Positions 20,444-31,100 of a stretch of 64,000 nucleotides of DNA are shown piece after piece (the stretch's first letter is position 1; each line of letters begins with the position of its first letter). The DNA lies in the IMG/VR virus record IMGVR_UViG_3300042549_004948, positions 32,001-96,000 of that record. One strand, given 5' to 3'. The stretch comes from a virus. A program made the position numbers and the translations under genes. The notes under the pieces were generated by a model. It worked only from the letters and a program-made list of their open reading frames with translations, was not told the DNA's origin and made no database searches.

Positions 20444-21707
20444 GAAACCTACAATATTAGTTCACTTACCGGCATACCGCGATCCTGAATTAATTCCAAC
20501 AATTAAAGACGCATTAGACAAAGCAAAGTATCCTAATCGTATACACTTCGGTATATGTAGGCAGTACCATCCAGAAGACGGATTTGATGATCTAACAGAA
20601 TATAAAACAGATAAAAGATTTAAAATCTATGAGTGCTTATATAGTGAAGCTCAAGGTCTTCCTTGGGCAAGAGCTATAATTAATGAGCAGTTATTAACTG
20701 ATGAAGACTATGTATGCCAACTAGATTCACATCATAGATTTGCTCAGGATTGGGATGAGACATTAATACAAATGCATCTTGATTTAGAAGCTAAAGGATA
20801 TAAGCCAATCATAGCAGGATACTCTCCTCTATATGATCCATTTAATGAACCTGCTGGTAGATCAATGGAACCATGGCAATCTCAATTTGTTTGTTTCTAT
20901 CCTCATGGAACTATATTCATTAGACCTGGTTTATTACACGGTTATGAGAATATGACTGAACTTCCGATGTCTAGATTCTTATGCGGACATTTTGACTTCG
21001 CAAGATCAGAATGGGCAAGAGATGTAAGACACGATCCTAATATATATTTCTCAGGTGAAGAGATTAATCTAACAGTCAGATCATACACTCATGGCTATGA
21101 TATGTTTCACCCGAATAAAATAGTAGTGTGGCATTCAACTATGCGTGAAGAAAGAGCTGGAAAATTAAAGTGGGATGATGATGTTAAACTAGGCAATGAT
21201 TGGTATAACAAGCAAGAGACCGCTAGGAAAAGAATAAGAGTCTTACTAGGGTCTGAACAGGATAGCTCGGTGGATTTGACTGGATACGGCCTGGGAACAG
21301 TCAGAACAGTTAGGGACTACGAGAAGTACGCAGGCGTTAATTTTAAAACAAGATCTGTTCAAAAGTATACTCTAGATAATCAATATCCTCCTAATCCACA
21401 TATTCAAGATGATCAACTTTGGGAAAAATCATTCATGGAATCATTTTATCACTTAGTAACAATATATAGACACGATTTCCCTAGGAATAATTATAAGCAC
21501 ATATTAGTAGCCTTTGATGATGATCAAGGTAATTCACTAAATAGTAAGTTTATAACAGATTATGAATTGCAGAATTTCATGACTAATGGAAACCACATTC
21601 ATTATGAAGAGTATTTCTTAACAGACAAAACGCCTGCTAGAGTAGTATTCTGGGGATACACAGAAGAAGACGGCTGGGTAGAAAGAATAGAACACAAAAT
21701 AGACTAG
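20436..21707 (+). CDS. second GT60-family protein GlcNAc transferase (paralog)
   Basis: LPAYRDPEL, AQGLPWAR, QLDSHHRF, YFSGEEINLTVRSYTHGYD motifs. Confidence 0.85.
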   Translation: MNKKPTILVHLPAYRDPELIPTIKDALDKAKYPNRIHFGICRQYHPEDGFDDLTEYKTDKRFKIYECLYSEAQGLPWARAIINEQLLTDEDYVCQLDSHHRFAQDWDETLIQMHLDLEAKGYKPIIAGYSPLYDPFNEPAGRSMEPWQSQFVCFYPHGTIFIRPGLLHGYENMTELPMSRFLCGHFDFARSEWARDVRHDPNIYFSGEEINLTVRSYTHGYDMFHPNKIVVWHSTMREERAGKLKWDDDVKLGNDWYNKQETARKRIRVLLGSEQDSSVDLTGYGLGTVRTVRDYEKYAGVNFKTRSVQKYTLDNQYPPNPHIQDDQLWEKSFMESFYHLVTIYRHDFPRNNYKHILVAFDDDQGNSLNSKFITDYELQNFMTNGNHIHYEEYFLTDKTPARVVFWGYTEEDGWVERIEHKID

Positions 21708-22993
21708 TGATAAATAAAAACGATATACAAAGTTTAGTAGGAAATCATGTAGCGCCCTACATTTATAATTCAAAAGTATTTGAACCAGGAAAAACTCCTA
21801 TTTACTATTCCGGACCTTATTGGGATAATAAAGAAGTAGAAGCCGCAATAGATACGTTTCTAAATGGGAAGTGGATAACTGCAGGAGAAAAGGTTTACAA
21901 GTTTGAAAATGCTTTTAGTAAAAAGTTTAACGTTAAGCATTCTCACATGGTTAATTCTGGAAGTTCTGCTAATCTAGTTTTAATAGCTGCTCTAAAGAAA
22001 AGATTTAACTGGGCAGATGATGATGAGATTATAGTGTCTCCGGTAGGGTTTGCTACAACTGTTTCTGTTCTATATCAAAATAAACTAAAAGCTGTTTTTG
22101 TTGATATTGAATGGCAAACGCTTAACTTTGATGTAAGTAGAATAGAAGAGAAAATAACTTCTAGAACAAAAGGTATTTTCGTATCGCCGGTATTGGGAAA
22201 TCCTCCTGATATGGATAAGCTTAAAGCTTTAGCAGACAAATATGATCTTAAACTTATAGGAGATAATTGTGATAGTTTAGGGAGTGCATGGAATGGTAAT
22301 TATATAACAGACTACTATGTAGCTTTTTCTAATTCATTTTATCCAGCCCATCATATTTCTACTGGTGAAGGTGGAATGATATGCACTAATGACGATGAGC
22401 TAAAGTCTTTATTCGTAAGCCTTTCATGGTGGGGAAGAGATTGTTATTGTATAGGATCTGCTAATTTACTTTCATGTGGAACATGCGGAAATAGATTTGA
22501 TAAATGGTTAGAAAACTATGATGGCATTATTGATCATAAGTATGTGTTTAGTGAAATGGGATATAATTTAAAACCATTAGATTTACAAGGTGCGATTGGT
22601 TTAGTACAACTTGATAAATTAGATGAAATTGAAACTAATAGAAAAGTTTCTAGAAATACTTTATCTAAAATATTCACTGATAATATACCTGGTTTAAGAA
22701 TACCAGACGTATTATCTAAAGCGGATCCATGTTGGTTTGGTACTCCATTTATATGTGACGAACCAGGATTAAAACATAGACTAGTAGAATATCTAGAGGC
22801 AAATAAAATACAAACTAGAAATTATTTTGCAGGCAATATCTTATTACACCCAGGTTATTCTAAACTTGATGACTATACTTTATATCCGGAAGCAAATAAA
22901 GTACTTGATAAGGTATTTTTTATAGGAGCGGCTCCACATTATACAGAACCGGTATTTGATTATATAAATGATGTTATAACTAAATTTAAATGA
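21707..22993 (+). CDS. rfbH: CDP-4-keto-6-deoxyglucose 3-dehydratase (E1; DegT/DnrJ fold)
   Basis: VNSGSSANL, DNCDSLG, SFYPAHHISTGEGG (His in place of Schiff-base Lys), Fe-S motif WGRDCYC...CG. Confidence 0.85.
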   Translation: MINKNDIQSLVGNHVAPYIYNSKVFEPGKTPIYYSGPYWDNKEVEAAIDTFLNGKWITAGEKVYKFENAFSKKFNVKHSHMVNSGSSANLVLIAALKKRFNWADDDEIIVSPVGFATTVSVLYQNKLKAVFVDIEWQTLNFDVSRIEEKITSRTKGIFVSPVLGNPPDMDKLKALADKYDLKLIGDNCDSLGSAWNGNYITDYYVAFSNSFYPAHHISTGEGGMICTNDDELKSLFVSLSWWGRDCYCIGSANLLSCGTCGNRFDKWLENYDGIIDHKYVFSEMGYNLKPLDLQGAIGLVQLDKLDEIETNRKVSRNTLSKIFTDNIPGLRIPDVLSKADPCWFGTPFICDEPGLKHRLVEYLEANKIQTRNYFAGNILLHPGYSKLDDYTLYPEANKVLDKVFFIGAAPHYTEPVFDYINDVITKFK

Positions 22994-23667
22994 AAATATT
23001 AGTACTAGGAGATGGTTTATTAGGAAGTGAGATTGTAAGGCAAACAGGGTGGAATTATATTTCTAGAAAAAAAGACAATATTGATTTTATTAATGACTCA
23101 CTATCTTTTTATTTAGGACATTATGATATTATACTAAATTGTTTAGCTAATACAGATACGTACTCAACAGATAGAGAGCGTGTATATTCTATCAATTATC
23201 ATTTTATTATTAAGTTATCAAATCTTTGTAAAATATTAAATAAAAAATTAATTCACATATCTACAGATCATGTTTATGCTGATTCAGATTCTGATATTGA
23301 TGAAAATGGTTTAGCTATACCGGCTCCAAATTTTTATTCATATTCAAAATTATTAGCAGATGAATATGTTATGTTTAATAATAATGATCATTTAATATGT
23401 AGATGTTCATTTAAACCAAAACCATTTCCGTATAATAAAGGTTGGGTTGATCAATATGGAAATTTTGATTATGTTGATGTTATAGCTAATTTAATTATAC
23501 AATTAATAAATAAAAATGCTAATGGAGTTTATAATGTAGGAACAGAGAAAAAAACAATATATCAATTAGCTAAACAAACAAATCCAGATATCATGCCAGG
23601 TTATAGACCAAATAATGTACCTAGTGATATAACAATGAACTTAGATAAACTAAATTCTATTTTATGA
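22990..23667 (+). CDS. RmlD-like NDP-4-keto-sugar reductase
   Basis: GDGLLG, HISTDHVY and YSYSK SDR motifs. Confidence 0.75.
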   Translation: MKILVLGDGLLGSEIVRQTGWNYISRKKDNIDFINDSLSFYLGHYDIILNCLANTDTYSTDRERVYSINYHFIIKLSNLCKILNKKLIHISTDHVYADSDSDIDENGLAIPAPNFYSYSKLLADEYVMFNNNDHLICRCSFKPKPFPYNKGWVDQYGNFDYVDVIANLIIQLINKNANGVYNVGTEKKTIYQLAKQTNPDIMPGYRPNNVPSDITMNLDKLNSIL

Positions 23668-24596
23668 ATTTAACTTTTTTCTTTGATAAAGAAGGAGCCG
23701 GGAATCCTTATTTTAAATATATCTACAATACTATATTTGATTTATTTAATTTAAAATTTCCTGAGCACTCTATAAAGCACCGACAACCAGAAGGGTCATA
23801 TCAAAGTTCTCCTGGTGGGATGTCTAATTTTCAAATTATAAATGATGAAAATAATAAAACTATTTTAATGTCTTTTTGGGACAGAGGAATGAATACATTT
23901 TTACCTGGTTTAGGATGGGAAAAATATAAAATAGTTCAATATATAGGAGGTCTAGGAATGAACTTAAATTCTAACCAGATAAAAGAAACTTATGGAATAG
24001 ACCATTCTAATTTCCAATATCCATTAGGAGTTCCTAATAGTTATGATTATCTAGATCAAGTAAGAGTAGAATATAATCCAGAACAAAAGATAAGAAAAGC
24101 TATTTTTATAGGCGCTATATATGGAACAAGAACTCCACTGTCAGAGCTACTATCAAAACATGAATTATTTGAAGTACTAGATAACTCAACAGGGTATCAC
24201 GGTTTGGAATATTATAAAAAGATAAATGAATATAGAGTATCGTTATCTTTTAATGGAAATGGTGAATTTTGTTTACGAGATTTAGAATCTATGGGGTTAG
24301 GAATACCATGCCTAAGATCTGAGTTAAAGACGCAGTTTTATAATCCACTTATACAAGACTACCATTATATTAATGGAGGGAGAGTTTGTTCAAATGCTTG
24401 GTTTACATATTCTGATTCTAAAATAGAAGATATCGCAGATGAATACATAAATGCATTAGAACTTATTATAGATGATTATGATAAATTAAAAAAAATCTCT
24501 TCTAATGGGCAACAGTATTTTAATTCTTATTCTAAACCTGATTATATTATTGACTTATTTTTTAAACTAGTTAAAATACATGAACTCAATAATTAA
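23664..24596 (+). CDS. putative GT-B-fold glycosyltransferase
   Basis: C-terminal SLSFNGNGEFCLRDLESMGLG..., KISSNGQQYF pattern; cassette context. Confidence 0.5.
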   Translation: MNLTFFFDKEGAGNPYFKYIYNTIFDLFNLKFPEHSIKHRQPEGSYQSSPGGMSNFQIINDENNKTILMSFWDRGMNTFLPGLGWEKYKIVQYIGGLGMNLNSNQIKETYGIDHSNFQYPLGVPNSYDYLDQVRVEYNPEQKIRKAIFIGAIYGTRTPLSELLSKHELFEVLDNSTGYHGLEYYKKINEYRVSLSFNGNGEFCLRDLESMGLGIPCLRSELKTQFYNPLIQDYHYINGGRVCSNAWFTYSDSKIEDIADEYINALELIIDDYDKLKKISSNGQQYFNSYSKPDYIIDLFFKLVKIHELNN

Positions 24597-25458
24597 AGAA
24601 AAGATTGCCATTTGTTACTCGTGCGCAGGAGAAAGTTATCGAGAGAGTGCGGTCCGTCAATTAACAGAACACTACTTCGATGATGACAATTTATTTTACT
24701 TTATAATAACAGATGATAAAAAGTATTTTGATAATATAAAAAGGAAAAACCTAATTGTCAATGAATTAAAAGACTTTTATGAAGAGTTTCCTCACGTAGA
24801 AAAATATGAGGCTTTATTAGAATCAGTAGATAAAAATGATTATGCTAAACAATTTGTAGAATCGGGGTATTTATATTCTTTTTCATTGATGAGATTTCAT
24901 TTATTACAAGCTTATAAACATGGAATAACTAATGTATCTATAATGTGTACAGATACTAATATAAATTTTGAATTATTTAATAATAATTTATTTGATATTA
25001 AAAATACAATTTATAATGCGGTATCAGAATGGGATACAAATATCGATAAAAAAGATATGGATATTATTAAAAACTATTTAAAAGAAAACCATAATCTAGT
25101 ACCTTCAGAAGTCGTACGTGTTTTAGACGCAGCTGCAAGATTTTTTATTTTTAGTGATTTAGATAATATGTATAATTTTTTTAATATATGGAATCAAACT
25201 ATTATATATCTCTATGAAAATAACTTAATGAGAAGATTCGCAGGCTCATATGTATATCATGATGAATATATATTAGCTCCTATCTATAATGTATTTAAAC
25301 TCACCGAAAGAGATTATCATTCAACAAGTAGAATATTCACTGTTATACATAACCAAATTCATGAAAGATTTTGGAAAGCAGGAGGATCTATTGATGGTAT
25401 CATGGATCACATTAATTATAATGAATTTTTAAAAATAAACAATTTATCTAATGGCTAA
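24580..25458 (+). CDS. orphan putative glycosyltransferase (GT-A-like)
   Basis: YFIITD motif; paralog of 27126-28142. Confidence 0.45.
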   Translation: MNSIIKEKIAICYSCAGESYRESAVRQLTEHYFDDDNLFYFIITDDKKYFDNIKRKNLIVNELKDFYEEFPHVEKYEALLESVDKNDYAKQFVESGYLYSFSLMRFHLLQAYKHGITNVSIMCTDTNINFELFNNNLFDIKNTIYNAVSEWDTNIDKKDMDIIKNYLKENHNLVPSEVVRVLDAAARFFIFSDLDNMYNFFNIWNQTIIYLYENNLMRRFAGSYVYHDEYILAPIYNVFKLTERDYHSTSRIFTVIHNQIHERFWKAGGSIDGIMDHINYNEFLKINNLSNG

Positions 25459-27136
25459 TATAAGTTATCACGGATCTCATAATGGAGGTTTAGTTATAGA
25501 AAACAATGGTGAAATCCTATGTGTTGTAGAATTTGAAAGATTCATCAATAGTAAAAATGTTGGGATGTCTCAATATAAAATGCCTAGACATATTATAATT
25601 TGTCTTGAGCAAATATTAGATTGGGTTTATAAAGAGTATGGAATAGAAGAATTTGAAAATTGTTATTTTTCATCTACAGATTTTATAGGAGAATCTTTTA
25701 CAGGCCCCTATCAGCTTTTTCAAACTTACAACATGATAAAAGCTAAAAACTATATTCATGGAACGCATCACGAATCTCATGCGGCTGGTTGTTTTTATCA
25801 ATCGCCATTTAAAGAAGCTATAGTATTCTCTTTCGATGGAGGCGGAGACGATGGAGAGTTTAATGTATACCATGCCGTAAGAGGTCAAGAGCTTAATAGA
25901 TTAGCTCAACTTTTAAATCCAACATATAATAGACCTCACCTATATTATAACTTAGGATTTGCGTATATGATATTCGGGCAATATCTAAAAGACATAACCA
26001 TAGATAATGTTTCAGATGGTAACTTAGTATGGCCAGGAAAAATAATGGGATTAGTTTCCTACGGTAAATGGAAAGAAGAGTGGTTAGATGCATTCATAAC
26101 ATTTTTTAAAGATGATCCAGACGGGCATGAAAATGATTATGTTGGTAAATTAAATACTCTAGGTGAAAAAATAGGAATCTCATTTGATATAAATAATAGA
26201 TTTGAAGGACAGTTAGCTTATGATGTTGCGGCTACCGCACAAAGAGCTTTTGAAGAGTGCTTTATAGAAGTAGCAAAACCATATTTCGAAGAGTATCCAG
26301 ATCTTCCTATTTGTATAACTGGAGGCTGTGCTTTAAACATTATATTGAATACTAGAATAAAACAAGAGTTTAATAAAGAAGTTTTTGTAGGACCTAATCC
26401 AAATGATTGCGGAATAGCTTTAGGATTAATGTTAAAACATTTAAAGCCTGAAAATGCTATTGATATAACTTATAAAGGGCTTCCTATATTAGATAAAAAT
26501 TTACTAGTCCAAAGAGTTTGTGAGCATAATAATGTTAGGAGATTAATGGAAAGAGACGAGGCATATCATCCGGTTGAACAATATGATCCTTCGATAGTAG
26601 TTCAAGATTTATTAAGTGGTAAAATAATTGGTGTAGTTAAAGGACAATCAGAGCACGGTCCTAGAGCATTAGGACATAGAAGTATATTATGTAACCCATC
26701 CATACCAGAAATGAAAGATGTATTAAATGCTAAAGTTAAAAATAGAGAGTGGTATAGACCATTTGCACCGGTTGTTAGATTAGAAGACGTAAGTAAATAT
26801 TTTGAATGGGAAGGAGAATCTAGGTGGATGAGTTTCTGCCCGACAGTTAGAGAAGAGTGGAGAGAAAAGTTAGCCGCTATTACTCATGTTGATGGAACTG
26901 CTAGAGTACAAACAGTAACAAAAGATCAAAATGAATTTTTATATAACCTACTTACTGAATTTGAAAAATTAACAGGCGTAGGAGTTTTACTAAATACGTC
27001 TTTTAATGTTAATGGAAAACCTATACTATCTACATATGCAGACGCATTTGAAATTTATACCAAGACACAGTTAGATTGTTTATTATTAGAAGATTATTAT
27101 ATAAGAAAAGAAGATTATAAAAGATATGAAAAATAA
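25451..27136 (+). CDS. O-carbamoyltransferase (NodU/CmcH family)
   Basis: HHESHAA, DGGGD, GGCALN, EHGPRALGHRSIL, REWYRPFAP, HVDGTARVQ, LLNTSFN motifs. Confidence 0.92.
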   Translation: MANISYHGSHNGGLVIENNGEILCVVEFERFINSKNVGMSQYKMPRHIIICLEQILDWVYKEYGIEEFENCYFSSTDFIGESFTGPYQLFQTYNMIKAKNYIHGTHHESHAAGCFYQSPFKEAIVFSFDGGGDDGEFNVYHAVRGQELNRLAQLLNPTYNRPHLYYNLGFAYMIFGQYLKDITIDNVSDGNLVWPGKIMGLVSYGKWKEEWLDAFITFFKDDPDGHENDYVGKLNTLGEKIGISFDINNRFEGQLAYDVAATAQRAFEECFIEVAKPYFEEYPDLPICITGGCALNIILNTRIKQEFNKEVFVGPNPNDCGIALGLMLKHLKPENAIDITYKGLPILDKNLLVQRVCEHNNVRRLMERDEAYHPVEQYDPSIVVQDLLSGKIIGVVKGQSEHGPRALGHRSILCNPSIPEMKDVLNAKVKNREWYRPFAPVVRLEDVSKYFEWEGESRWMSFCPTVREEWREKLAAITHVDGTARVQTVTKDQNEFLYNLLTEFEKLTGVGVLLNTSFNVNGKPILSTYADAFEIYTKTQLDCLLLEDYYIRKEDYKRYEK

Positions 27137-28142
27137 ACCTGTAGTTGTTACTTGGGGATTAGGACCTAGTTATAGAGATAGAGTCAAACAAAATTTTTTA
27201 GAAAGTATTTCTATGGGATATAGTGATACCATGGATTATATTATTTTAACTGACTTACCGTCTGATTTTGATGAATTAAGAAGTAGCACAAATAAAATAA
27301 TAGATGTCATTAATATTCATGAAGTAAGAAAAGATTATCTATGGTCTATAGATATAGAATATATACCTACTAATCAAGAAACTTATGGAAAAGATTATAG
27401 AGATAATTTATATAATAAAAACTTTTTTTCTTATTCTTTAAATAGATTCTCTTTACCAAGAATAGCAGAACTAGGATACACTAAGTTTATAATGCATGAT
27501 CCAGATGCAAATTTAAAATATGATAAAATAGTTTCTGGAGAAATATCTGAAGAAGAATTCTGGAGTGAATTTGATACTCCAATAAATTCAATGAAGGCAT
27601 GTCATAAAGAAGAATTAAAAATAGAGTTAGGAAAATTTCATGATACCGCAGCAATGGGATCTGCAAGTTACTCTGGTTTACAATTAGCATCTATTATAAT
27701 GGATAGGCTAAATAATAAATATGATACGCATAATACAGATCCTATAATACGTAATCTACCAATAACAGAAGGTCCTTTTAGATATTATAATTTTGATTCT
27801 GTAGACACTGTTAAAAAATATTTTGATGTTTGGAATAAATGTTGTAAAATTAGTTATTCAAATAACATTTTTAGAGGGTGTTCTGAATGTGGTGGGTATA
27901 TGCTTTGTGATTATATTCCTGTAGGAGTAGCTAACAAGTACTGTGACATTAAAGTTTTAGACTTTAGTAAAAAATATTATGACATAAAAATATATTTTAC
28001 AGATAGATACTTTATTCCAAAGTCTATGAACTTCGCAGATGGGAGTGGGTTCATACCAGCAGATACTATAGAACAGTTTTATGAAATAAATAAAGAAAAA
28101 ATACAAATTTTAAAGTCAGAAAATAGATGGCCGATATTTTAA
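27126..28142 (+). CDS. orphan putative glycosyltransferase (GT-A-like)
   Basis: YIILTD and DPD motifs; paralog of 24580-25458. Confidence 0.45.
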   Translation: MKNKPVVVTWGLGPSYRDRVKQNFLESISMGYSDTMDYIILTDLPSDFDELRSSTNKIIDVINIHEVRKDYLWSIDIEYIPTNQETYGKDYRDNLYNKNFFSYSLNRFSLPRIAELGYTKFIMHDPDANLKYDKIVSGEISEEEFWSEFDTPINSMKACHKEELKIELGKFHDTAAMGSASYSGLQLASIIMDRLNNKYDTHNTDPIIRNLPITEGPFRYYNFDSVDTVKKYFDVWNKCCKISYSNNIFRGCSECGGYMLCDYIPVGVANKYCDIKVLDFSKKYYDIKIYFTDRYFIPKSMNFADGSGFIPADTIEQFYEINKEKIQILKSENRWPIF

Positions 28143-28151
28143 AATATTAAT

Positions 28152-31100
28152 ATGAAAAAAAAGCTATTCAAAAAAGTAAGGGGTTTTGAGAATATAAAAT
28201 TAGAACCTACTATAATAAATGATGATCAATTAGATTATCTTGTTCTTTATTTATTAGATTGTATAGATAATAATATAGACGGCGATGTTGTAGAACTAGG
28301 TTGCTTTGTAGGAGAGTCTAGTAAGTATTTAAGAAAATCAATTGAACAATCAGAATCTAGTAAGAAGCTATATGTGTATGATTCATTTGAAGGACTTCCA
28401 GAGTTAACAAAATATGAAGAGGGCACTGGTTGGAGAGAGGGTACTTTAAATACTACGGAAGATATATTAACAAAGAATTTTGTACAGAATGGCTTAGAGC
28501 TTCCAATTATTACTAAATCTTGGTTTAAAGATATACCAAATGAAAGACTCCCAGAAAAAATATCATTTGCTTTTCTTGATGGAGATTTTTATAATTCAAT
28601 ATATGACAGTCTAACTAAAATATATGATAGAGTAGAAAACGGCGGATACATTTGTTTTCATGATTATGATAGAAACGATTTACCAGGAGTGAAAGCTGCT
28701 ATAGTAGACTTCTTCTCAGAAAGGTCTATTAACTATGAAATACTAAAAGTATGTGATCAATTAGCTATAATCAAAAAAAATGAAAAAATAGTATCTTTAA
28801 GTATAGAAAAATATGATAGAGCAAATATAGAATCAGAAGAATCTTTGGACTATTATATAAAAAAATATGGCACAGATAAATCTATAAGTGGATATACTCC
28901 AATGTATGAATGTATATTTGATGATCTTAGATCTGAAAGATTAGCTTTATTAGAAATAGGAATAGGTAGTTTAGATAATCATGTAATAGGAAATTTTATA
29001 CAAACAAAATCAATTTACTATGATCACTATGTACAAGGCGGATCTTTAAGAGTCTGGAGAGATTATTTTCCAAAAGCAGAAATACACGGCATCGATATCG
29101 CAGACGATTGTAAATTTTCAGAAGATAGAATTTCAACATTTATTTGTGATTCTAGAGATAAAAGTGAATGCGATTCGTATCTAAAAGAAAACACTTATGA
29201 TATTATAATTGATGACGGACTCCACAAAGCAAGTGCACAACTTCAAACGTTAAAAAACTTTTTTGATAGAGTTAAAAAAAATGGGTATTATATTATAGAA
29301 GACTTAGGTGGTGGCGGAGATGGAACTAATTTATATGCAGATAGAAAACAAGACGTTATTGATATTATAAAAGATCATGAATGGTTTTTTAAAAATAATT
29401 TTTTAGCTATTAAAAAAACAAATTCAAAAAGAGGAGAGTTATCTTCATTAACAGAATTTAAAAAGGAAAATAATCGTCCTAAATCTGACTTAACAATAGT
29501 TTCTGGATTATGGGATATAGGAAAACAAAATAGATCATTTGATCATTACTTAATGTGCTTTGAAAAATTCCTAGAAATAGATCAAAATCTGTTTTTATTT
29601 ATACCTAAAGAATTAGAAGACTTAGTATGGACCAAAAGAAGTAAACATAACACAAGAATAAAAATAGTTGAATTAGAAGATGTTAAAAATCTATATGGTC
29701 CTTTTTGGGATAGGACACAAGAAATAAGAAAGTCTGAAGACTGGATTAATCAAGCAAATTGGTTAGCTAACTCTCCACAAGGATCTCTTGAGTGGTATAA
29801 TCCTATTGTGATGTCTAAACTTGCAATACTTCATGATGCTAGCATTTATAATCCATTTAGAACAGAGAATTTTATTTGGTTAGATGCTGGAATTAGTAAT
29901 ACTATAAACTATAATTTATTAATAGAATCTGATTTCTTTGATAAGCTACCATCATATCTAGATCCATTCTTATTTATTCAATATCCATATCCATATTATA
30001 ATAAAGGTATCGGAGAAGTACATGGTTTTAATTGGGAAAAACTAAATGAATATGCCGGTGGAGTTGTTGAGTGGATTAGTAGAGGTGGATTATTTGGAGG
30101 AAAAAAAGAAGTTATCTCTGATGTTAATAGTTACTATTGGCACTTGCTAGATAATAGTCTGAATGAAAACTTAATGGGAACAGAGGAAAGTCTGTTTTCT
30201 ATTCTAGCAAAGAAATACCCTGAGATATTTAGAACTTCAAAAATAAATATAAATGGGCATATTCAAGAATTTGTAGAAGCAGTTATAAATAATACGGCAG
30301 TACTAGATCCTATTCCTGAAGATAGGATAAAAAGCAAACACAAATTTGTAAATGTAGATAATTTAAAGGTCAGTCTTTATATGCTTACGTTTAACTTCCC
30401 GCATCAAGTTGAACACACTATTCAAAAATGGTTGAAGCATGAGAAGTGGATAACTAATACCAGAAATATACTTATAGATAATTCTACAAACGATGAAGCT
30501 AGAATAGCTAATGCAGAAATTTGTAAGAAGTATAATTTTGAGCATATAATAACAAATGAAAATACTGGGATCAATGGCGGTAGATTTAGAGCGGCTCAAC
30601 ACTTTCAAGAATCGGATAGCGATTACTATATATTCTTAGAAGACGATATGGGAATAAACTCTCCTAGTGATACTACATTTTGTAGAAATGGATTTAGAAG
30701 GCACATTCCGAACTTATATGATAGGGTTTTAAAAATAATTCATGATACAGATATAGACTTCTTAAAACTATCTTACACAGAAGTTTACATGGACAATAAT
30801 ATCCAAGTATCTTGGTATAATGTTCCTCAAAATATAAGGTCAGAATTTTGGCCTGACTATGATAAACTGCCAGTGCAAGGTTTAGATCCAAATTGTCCTA
30901 GAACTAAGTTCAATGAAATAGAAGTATTAGACGGATTAAGTTATGCTACAGGAGAGATCTACTATTGTAACTGGCCAACTATATGTGGTAAGAAGGGAAA
31001 CCAGAAAATGTTCTTAGATGTTACGTGGCAAAGTCCTTTTGAACAAACTTGGATGAGTTATATGTATCAAGAAACTAAAAAGGGAAATTTGAAACCTGCG

